Source of the DNA: an uncultured Chloroflexia bacterium
GTDB taxonomy: Bacteria > Chloroflexota > Limnocylindria > Limnocylindrales > CSP1-4
DNA length: 64,000 bases
Reading direction: 5' to 3'
NCBI GenBank assembly: GCA_963712745.1
Contig: CAVQJC010000020.1
Coordinates: 64,001-128,000, forward strand
The position numbers and the translations under genes are program-made. Position 1 is the stretch's first letter. Every line of letters begins with the position of its first letter. The notes below the pieces were generated by a model. The model was not told the DNA's origin, searched no databases, and saw only the letters and a program-made list of their open reading frames with translations. This document shows, piece after piece, positions 57,715 through 64,000 of the stretch.

Positions 57715-58775
57715 TGATGAGGCTTCTGGCATTCGCAACGCTCGTCGTCCTGGTGGTTGGAGCGGTCTTCGTCGGCGCCAACCTGCCCGTGCTGACCTCC
57801 GAAGACCAGGCTACCGCGGCCACCCCCATCGTGCCCGTCTCCACGGCCACCATCACGCAACGCACGATGGAATCGACCGAGGAGTTCGACGGCACGCTTG
57901 GCTACGCGGGCGAGGGAGTCATCCTCTCGGGCATGAACGGGACCTTCACCAAGCTCCCCGAGGCGGGCGACATCATCGAACTTGGCGACAAGGTCTACGA
58001 AGTCGACGGCACCAAGGCGTCCTACCTGATGTACGGCAGCCGGCCGGCCTATCGCCCGCTCAACACCGACAGCGACAACGGGCCTGACGTCAAACAGCTC
58101 GAGGCCAGCCTCAAGGAGCTGGGCTATCTGGGCAAGAACGTCAACCCGCGCTGGAACTTCCGTGCCCGCACCGAGTCGGCCGTCAAGAAGTGGCAGAAGA
58201 AGACGAGCCAGGAGAAGGACGGGCGCGTGGAGATGGGCGAAGTCACGTTCATGCCCGATGACGTCCGCATCACCGAGGTCATCCCGGAGCTGGGCTCGCG
58301 CGCGCAGGTCGGCCAACCGGTGGCCTACACCAGCGGCACCGACCTGGTCGTGAGCCTTGACCTCGAGGCCGACCGACGCGACATCCTCAAGGCTGGTGAC
58401 GCGCTCACCGTCGAGCTCCCGGACGGCATCCAGGCCGCCGGAACGGTCAGCCAGATCTCGAGCGTGGCCCAGACGTTGCAGGGCGCCAGCGAGCCAACGG
58501 TCGAGGTGACCATCGAGCTCGAGGACACCGCCGTGGTCGGCGACCTCGACGGCGCCGAGGTGACGGTCAGCATCGTGCGGGAGACGCGCCCGGACGTGCT
58601 CACGGTCCCGGTCGACGCGCTGCTCGCGCTACGCGAGGGTGGCTACGCCCTGGAGATGGTGGCCGACGACGGCAGCACCTACCTGGTAGCCGCTGACGTT
58701 GGGCTCTTCGATGACGCAGGGGTCGAGGTCAGCGGCAGCTTCGGCGCGGGCGACACGGTCGTGGTGCCGGCATGA
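57714..58775 (+). CDS. Membrane fusion/adaptor protein with peptidoglycan-binding domain
   Basis: N-terminal TM; GPDVKQLE..L..LGY..T..AVKKWQ PG-binding motif; VLTVPV.AL, G.F..G.VEV. Confidence 0.85.
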   Translation: MMRLLAFATLVVLVVGAVFVGANLPVLTSEDQATAATPIVPVSTATITQRTMESTEEFDGTLGYAGEGVILSGMNGTFTKLPEAGDIIELGDKVYEVDGTKASYLMYGSRPAYRPLNTDSDNGPDVKQLEASLKELGYLGKNVNPRWNFRARTESAVKKWQKKTSQEKDGRVEMGEVTFMPDDVRITEVIPELGSRAQVGQPVAYTSGTDLVVSLDLEADRRDILKAGDALTVELPDGIQAAGTVSQISSVAQTLQGASEPTVEVTIELEDTAVVGDLDGAEVTVSIVRETRPDVLTVPVDALLALREGGYALEMVADDGSTYLVAADVGLFDDAGVEVSGSFGAGDTVVVPA

Positions 58776-59836
58776 CGGACGCTCAGCGCCCTGCGCCCGG
58801 GCCGGGTAGCCCGTTGCCGGCCCGGCCCGGCAACGACTTCGGCAGCGAGTGGCTGACCGACAACGTGGAGACGCCCGCCGTCGAGGTTCCCTCGGTCCGC
58901 CGGCCCGGCGCGATGCCCCAGCCGCCCTCGAGGCCGGCCGCGCCGGCACGACCGCCGGGACCCCCAGGTCCTCCCATCTTCGCCCCGCTGCCTGCTCGGC
59001 CTCGATCCGCTCCACGGCCAGCATTCATGATGGGACCGGCTTCCCAAGGACCACGACCAGCGCCACCGCCCATGCCCCAGCGACCTCCGATGGCCCAGGT
59101 CACGGTGACACCGGCTCCGACCGCTCCGCGACCGCCTCTGGGCCCGGTCGTGCTGGACCTGCAGGACGCCGTCCGCACCTACCCTGGTGATCCGCCCGTC
59201 GAGGCGCTGCGTGGCGTGAACCTGCGTGTTCGCCAGGGCGAGCTGGTGGCCATCGTGGGTCCGTCAGGGTCGGGCAAGTCGACCCTGCTCCACGTGCTGG
59301 GCACACTGGACAAGCCCACCAGCGGGATCGTGAAGGTCGCCGGCTTCGACATCGGCAAGCTGTCGGACAAGGACCTCTCGGGCCTGCGCAGCCAGCACGT
59401 CGGCTTCATCTTCCAGCAGTTCTTCCTGCTCGAGGGCATGACCGCCCAGGACAACGTGGGCAACGGCCTGCTCTACCGCGGTGTGAGCCCGGCGGAGCGA
59501 CGCAAGCTGGCGGGCGAAGCGCTCGAGCGAGTGGGCCTCACGCATCGCGCCGGCCATCGCCCGAGCAAGCTCTCCGGCGGTGAGCGCCAGCGCGTGGCCA
59601 TCGCCAGGGCCATCGTGGGCCGGCCCAGCGTGGTCCTCGCCGACGAGCCCACCGGCAACCTCGACAGCAAGACCGGCAAGGTCATCCTCGACCTGCTCGA
59701 CGAACTCAACCGCCGCGACGGCACGACCATCGTGGTCATCACCCACGACCATTCGGTCGCGACACGCATGCCGCGCCAGCTCGAGATCCTCGATGGACGC
59801 ATGGTCCGCGACAGCGCCATGCGGGTGGCTGCATGA
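58772..59836 (+). CDS. MacB/LolD-type ABC ATPase with Pro-rich N-terminal extension
   Basis: GPSGSGKST, LSGGERQR, ADEPTGNLD, ITHD. Confidence 0.93.
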   Translation: MTDAQRPAPGPGSPLPARPGNDFGSEWLTDNVETPAVEVPSVRRPGAMPQPPSRPAAPARPPGPPGPPIFAPLPARPRSAPRPAFMMGPASQGPRPAPPPMPQRPPMAQVTVTPAPTAPRPPLGPVVLDLQDAVRTYPGDPPVEALRGVNLRVRQGELVAIVGPSGSGKSTLLHVLGTLDKPTSGIVKVAGFDIGKLSDKDLSGLRSQHVGFIFQQFFLLEGMTAQDNVGNGLLYRGVSPAERRKLAGEALERVGLTHRAGHRPSKLSGGERQRVAIARAIVGRPSVVLADEPTGNLDSKTGKVILDLLDELNRRDGTTIVVITHDHSVATRMPRQLEILDGRMVRDSAMRVAA

Positions 59837-61086
59837 GCACCGTGGCCAAGCCCATCGAGGGCAAGGCACCGCCGCCCGTGGCGCAGACCAGGCCGAAGAA
59901 GCCCGACTCCAGCAAGCTCCACCCCACCGACCTGGTCAGTCTCGGGGCCATCGGCCTGCGGGCCAGCCGCGTCCGGGCCGCGCTGACCATGATCGGCATC
60001 GCCATCGGTATCGCGGCCATGGTCGGCGTACTCGTCATCAGCGAGTCCAGTCGCTCCGACCTGCTCTCGCAGCTGGACCGCCTGGGCACGAACATGCTGC
60101 GCGTCACGGCCGGCCAGACGCTGTTCGGTGGCGAGGCTGAGCTGGCTCCGGAAGCACGCGCGATGATCCAACGCGTGGGCCCGGTCGAGGGCGCCTCGAG
60201 CGTGGCCACGGTCGAGGCCACGGTGCGCCGCACCGACTACATCGACGAGGGCCGCACCGGCGGCATCAGCGTGACGGCCGCGGACCTCGATCTGCTCGAC
60301 ACGCTGCGTGCCGAGATCGCGGCTGGCGTTTGGCTGGACGAGGCCTCATCGACCCTGCCCACGACCGTGCTCGGGAACACCGCCGCGCGTCGCCTGGGCA
60401 TCGACGAGACCGGCGTGCGCGTGTGGATGGACGATCGCTGGTTCACGGTCATCGGCATCCTCGCTCCGGTCGAGCTCGCGTCAGAACTCGATTCGTCCGC
60501 GTTCGTGGGCATCCCCCTCGCCGAGGACCTCTATGAACACGACGGCAGCCCCTCCACCATCTACGTGCGCAGCGACGTCGACTACATCGAGGACGTCCGC
60601 GCGGTCATGGGCCGTACCGCCAATCCGGAGGATCCCAGCGAGGTCGAGGTCACCCGGCCCTCTGACGTGCTCGAGGCCAAGGCTGCTGCCGCGGTCGCCT
60701 TCACCGACCTGTTCCTCGGCCTTGGCGCCGTGGCTCTTATCGTGGGTGGCTTCGGTATCGCCAACGTCATGCTCATGTCGGTCATGGAGCGCCGCGGCGA
60801 GATCGGCCTGCGTCGTGCCCTCGGCGCGACGCGGCGCCACATCGCCCTGCAGTTCGTGAGCGAAGCGCTGGCATTGGCGGTCGTGGGTGGCGTGCTGGGC
60901 GTCCTGCTCGGCGCCGGCCTGGCGGTGACCTACGCGTTGTCGCAGGAGTGGATGCCCATCATCCCGGCCGTGGCCGTGGTCGGTGGCATCGCGGCGGCCG
61001 TGGCTATCGGTGCCGTGGCCGGCTTCTACCCGGCCATGCGGGCGGCTCGGCTATCGCCGACCGATGCGCTACGCGGAGCCGAATGA
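59833..61086 (+). CDS. MacB/FtsX-type ABC permease
   Basis: LT..GIAIG, GIANVM..SV.ER..EIGLRRALGA, YPA.RAA.L.P..AL. Confidence 0.93.
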   Translation: MSTVAKPIEGKAPPPVAQTRPKKPDSSKLHPTDLVSLGAIGLRASRVRAALTMIGIAIGIAAMVGVLVISESSRSDLLSQLDRLGTNMLRVTAGQTLFGGEAELAPEARAMIQRVGPVEGASSVATVEATVRRTDYIDEGRTGGISVTAADLDLLDTLRAEIAAGVWLDEASSTLPTTVLGNTAARRLGIDETGVRVWMDDRWFTVIGILAPVELASELDSSAFVGIPLAEDLYEHDGSPSTIYVRSDVDYIEDVRAVMGRTANPEDPSEVEVTRPSDVLEAKAAAAVAFTDLFLGLGAVALIVGGFGIANVMLMSVMERRGEIGLRRALGATRRHIALQFVSEALALAVVGGVLGVLLGAGLAVTYALSQEWMPIIPAVAVVGGIAAAVAIGAVAGFYPAMRAARLSPTDALRGAE

Positions 61087-61185
61087 GCCGACCCTGAACG
61101 AGCCAGCCACGTCTCGTTCGCACAGCAGGCCGCGCACGTGGCACGCCACCGTCAGGCGGTCAGCGCCGGACGCGCCGGAGCCACC

Positions 61186-61848
61186 TCAGTCACGGACGCG
61201 GACGAGCGAGATCCCGTCACGCACCGTGAGCATCACGGTATCGACCCGCGGGTCGGCCGCCGCCCTGTCGTTGAAGGCGCGCATGCCGCTGATACTGGGG
61301 TCGGGCGACTCGGCGTCCAGGATCCGCCCATGGCGCAGCACGTTGTCGGCCACGATCAGCCCGCCGCGGCGCATCAGCGGCAGGATGCGGTCGTAATAGT
61401 CGGGATAGGCGGACTTGTCAGCGTCGATGAAGGCCATGTCATAGGGGCCCTTCAGGCGGTCGAGTGCATCGAGCGCGATGCCGGTGTGGATGGTGATGCG
61501 GGCGCCCTCCCCGGCGGCCTCGATGTGCTCGGCCGCCTTGGCTGCGTGCTCTGGGCTGAGTTCGAGCGTGTCGATGTGTCCATCGGGGGGCAGGGCCTCA
61601 GCCAGGGCCAGCGCGGAGTACCCACTGAAGGTGCCGACCTCGAGGATGCGCCGGGCGCCCAGCAGGCCAGCCAGCATCTTCAACAGCTGGCCCTCCGACG
61701 AGTCGATCATCATGGCCCCGGCCGCCTCGCTCCAGGCGCGCGTGGAGGCAGCGACCGCGTCAAGCCGCTGGGATGAGGGAGTCGAGTGCCGCGCCGCGTA
61801 GGCGTTCAGTTCCTGGTCGACGATGGGGCGCGGCGAGCGGCCGCTCAC
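61186..61848 (-). CDS. O-methyltransferase (caffeoyl-CoA OMT family)
   Basis: LEVGTFSGYS, FIDADK, ADNVL, RDG; GTGA overlap. Confidence 0.92.
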   Translation of the reverse strand: MSGRSPRPIVDQELNAYAARHSTPSSQRLDAVAASTRAWSEAAGAMMIDSSEGQLLKMLAGLLGARRILEVGTFSGYSALALAEALPPDGHIDTLELSPEHAAKAAEHIEAAGEGARITIHTGIALDALDRLKGPYDMAFIDADKSAYPDYYDRILPLMRRGGLIVADNVLRHGRILDAESPDPSISGMRAFNDRAAADPRVDTVMLTVRDGISLVRVRD

Positions 61849-62249
61849 GAGGCGCGCAGTCTGGTCGGCTGGATGTGGATGCGTACGGGATAGTCGGCAG
61901 AGAATGTCAGGGGCGTCATGCCCAGGTCTGACATGGGCACTTCGTACTTGGCCGCGTAGCGCGCGTCCTCCAAGGCCGGTCTGCCGTCCTCGACGATCTC
62001 GGCAAGGCCCTCGATGATCACCACCTCGCCACCCGACGGCGTGCTGTTGAGGTTGAGGCAGACGCGCGGATTGGCCGCGATGTTGCGCGTGCGTGGCGTG
62101 CGCGCCAGCGAGTAGACCACGATGACCTCGTCCTGTACCAGGAACCACACCGGCGAGGTCTGGGGCTGACCGGCGGCATCGACCGTGGTCATCCAGGCAA
62201 CGAGCTCGCCGTCCAATCGCTCCTGGATGTCGGGACGTTCCTCGAACAT
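61845..62249 (-). CDS. PPOX-class (putative F420-dependent) oxidoreductase
   Basis: WMTTV..G.PQTSPVWF, RNIAANPRV, Y.AKY. Confidence 0.85.
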   Translation of the reverse strand: MFEERPDIQERLDGELVAWMTTVDAAGQPQTSPVWFLVQDEVIVVYSLARTPRTRNIAANPRVCLNLNSTPSGGEVVIIEGLAEIVEDGRPALEDARYAAKYEVPMSDLGMTPLTFSADYPVRIHIQPTRLRAS

Positions 62250-62348
62250 GGCTCCAGCATAATCGGCTGGACGCTGCTCGTGGCGCGAGCGTCCGCACGG
62301 GCCACCCCGACCCGACCGCGCGGGCGCGCTTGGGCCTACCATGGGCCG

Positions 62349-62633
62349 ATGCTGCAGCAGGATGGATCGATACGTATCGCCTGGCAGGCCGACGGCTTCG
62401 AGGCCATCTTCGTGCGTGCACGCTTCCGGCCGGCGCCCGAGCTGGCGGACTTCGCCAGGGGCGTGGCCGACGTGGCCTTGCTGGAACGCTCGTTGCCGGA
62501 CCTGCGCACCGCCCTGCGCAAGCGATACCCGGGCGCATTCGATCTCCTCACCGACGAACCGGCCTCGGCCCCATGGCGCGTGATCGTCAGCTTCCATCCA
62601 CCACGCGGGGAGCCCAACCCGGACCCATGGTGA
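62349..62633 (+). CDS. Hypothetical protein (94 aa)
   Basis: TACCAT-N6-ATG start, GC-rich third positions, stop overlaps the pabB start. Confidence 0.6.
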   Translation: MLQQDGSIRIAWQADGFEAIFVRARFRPAPELADFARGVADVALLERSLPDLRTALRKRYPGAFDLLTDEPASAPWRVIVSFHPPRGEPNPDPW

Positions 62634-63724
62634 GCACGCCAAGGATGCTTGAGATCACCGAGCCGACAGGCGCCTTCGAGCGCATCGAGTCCTACCTGCG
62701 CGAGGCCGGCTTCTTCGTGACCGGCACCGCTGGTCTGCCCGCGGGCCGCGACGCTCGCTGGGCCGATGTCTACCTCGGTTATGCCCTGTCCGAGCCCATG
62801 CGGCGGTCCGGGCGAGCCCGACGGCCGGAGCCAGCCGAGCTGCCGGTGGCGGCCGTGCAGCTGTACGAGGCTGGGGAAGCGCCCGCGACAGTGGGCCCGT
62901 TCGAAGTGGGCGCCTGGGAACCGACCTGGCCGGCTGCCGACTACGCGCGGGCGGTGTCTGCCGCACGCGAGGCCATCGCCGCCGGCGAGGTCTACCAGGT
63001 CAATCTGGTGCAGCATCTCTCGGCTCCGTTCGGCGGTGATGCGGCGGGCCTCGCGGTCGCCCTGGCGCCCCTCGCTCCGCTCCACCCACGGATGCTGTCC
63101 GGCGACGGCTGGTCGATCGTGTCAGCCTCCCCGGAGCTCTTCCTGGCACGCCGTGGCGATCGTCTCCGCACGATGCCCATCAAGGGCACCCGGCCCAGCG
63201 GTGACGCAGCGGGCCTGCGCGACTCGGTCAAGGACGCCGCGGAGCACGTCATGATCGTCGACCTCGAGCGCAACGACCTGGGGCGCATCTGCCTGCCCGG
63301 TAGCGTCGCCTGGCCGGAGCTGATGCAGGCGCGGCAGATGGCCGGCGTCGAGCACCTCGTCTCGTGCGTCGAGGGCACCATCCGCCACGGGATCGGCTGG
63401 GCCGACGCCATGGCCGCCCTGTTCCCCGGTGGCTCGGTCACCGGCGCTCCCAAGATCGCCGCGCTCGACCACATCAACGCGCTCGAACCGGTCGGCCGCG
63501 GGGCGTCCATGGGCGCGCTCGGCAGGGTCTGGCCGAACGGCGACTTCGAGCTGGCCTTGACCATCCGCACCTTCGCGGTCGCGGGCGACCGTATCCACCT
63601 CTGGGTCGGTGGCGGCGTGGTCTGGGACTCGGACCCCGGCGCCGAGGTCGAGGAGTCGTGGGTCAAGGCTCGCCCGCTGCTGGAGGCCATCCGCACGGCC
63701 TCGCCCGCCCCTCTCGCCGCATGA
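62627..63724 (+). CDS. pabB: Aminodeoxychorismate/anthranilate synthase component I family
   Basis: GEVYQVNL, SPELFL, PIKGT, EHVMIVDLERNDL, FPGGSVTGAPK, IRT; followed by a class IV aminotransferase. Confidence 0.85.
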   Translation: MVSTPRMLEITEPTGAFERIESYLREAGFFVTGTAGLPAGRDARWADVYLGYALSEPMRRSGRARRPEPAELPVAAVQLYEAGEAPATVGPFEVGAWEPTWPAADYARAVSAAREAIAAGEVYQVNLVQHLSAPFGGDAAGLAVALAPLAPLHPRMLSGDGWSIVSASPELFLARRGDRLRTMPIKGTRPSGDAAGLRDSVKDAAEHVMIVDLERNDLGRICLPGSVAWPELMQARQMAGVEHLVSCVEGTIRHGIGWADAMAALFPGGSVTGAPKIAALDHINALEPVGRGASMGALGRVWPNGDFELALTIRTFAVAGDRIHLWVGGGVVWDSDPGAEVEESWVKARPLLEAIRTASPAPLAA

Positions 63725-64000
63725 AACCCGACCTGACGCCGCTCGCGGTCGGCGTGCTCGGACGCGGCGTGGTGGACCCCGAGGTTCCGGTCATCCACGC
63801 CGACGATGCCGGTCTCCTGCGAGGGCTGGCGGCCTTCGAGACCGTGCGCGTCTACGGCGGTCGACCGTTCGCCATGTCGGAGCACCTCGATCGACTCCGC
63901 CAGTCGGCCCTGCGGATGCAGCTCGAGGCACCCGACACCGCCGGTCTCGAACGGCTTGCCGGCGAGGTCATCGAGGCCGCGGGTGCCACCGACTGCGCCA
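63721..64000 (+). CDS. Aminotransferase class IV / aminodeoxychorismate lyase (partial, runs off right edge)
   Basis: Hand-translated as MKPDL...DDAGLLRGLAAFETVRVYGGRPF...HLDRLRQSA; ATGA coupling with pabB. Confidence 0.85.
   Translation, partial: MKPDLTPLAVGVLGRGVVDPEVPVIHADDAGLLRGLAAFETVRVYGGRPFAMSEHLDRLRQSALRMQLEAPDTAGLERLAGEVIEAAGATDCA

Overview
High-GC bacterial chromosomal segment; the gene content and style suggest Chloroflexota (possibly Limnocylindria-like), which is an inference. No rRNA, tRNA, CRISPR array, integrase or transposase was found. From left to right: (1) a 28-aa hydrophobic peptide gene followed by a DUF5317-like membrane gene at the left edge; (2) a Nudix hydrolase and pncB; (3) a ~24-kb partly decayed catabolic block (2.5-26.6 kb) with an IpdAB-like CoA-transferase-fold pair plus CaiB, oxidoreductases, a ROK kinase, frameshifted iolC, an FGGY kinase with E2/E1a/E1b but no E3, a sugar ABC transporter, enolase-family and DapA-family enzymes, a frameshifted SDR, a cyclase and LacI; (4) core genes (YbjN-like, glgC, three M23 peptidases, prepilin peptidase, pepA, add, NagD-like, NYN, ccsA); (5) a ribose/nucleoside regulon (rbsBAC, secreted nucleoside hydrolase, rbsK, rbsR) with 12-bp-period tandem operators; (6) nrdJ with NrdR boxes and a LexA-like box, xth, two tiny gene relics, PAC2 and NhaP; (7) three paralogous secreted CMRxNG-repeat proteins upstream of a MacAB-like transporter; (8) an O-methyltransferase, a PPOX protein and pabB/pabC-like genes. 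The strongest novelty candidates are the peptide+DUF5317 putative signalling module, the IpdAB-like hydrolase pair and the triplicated Cys-repeat proteins with their transporter. Family assignments come from motif recognition, not database searches.
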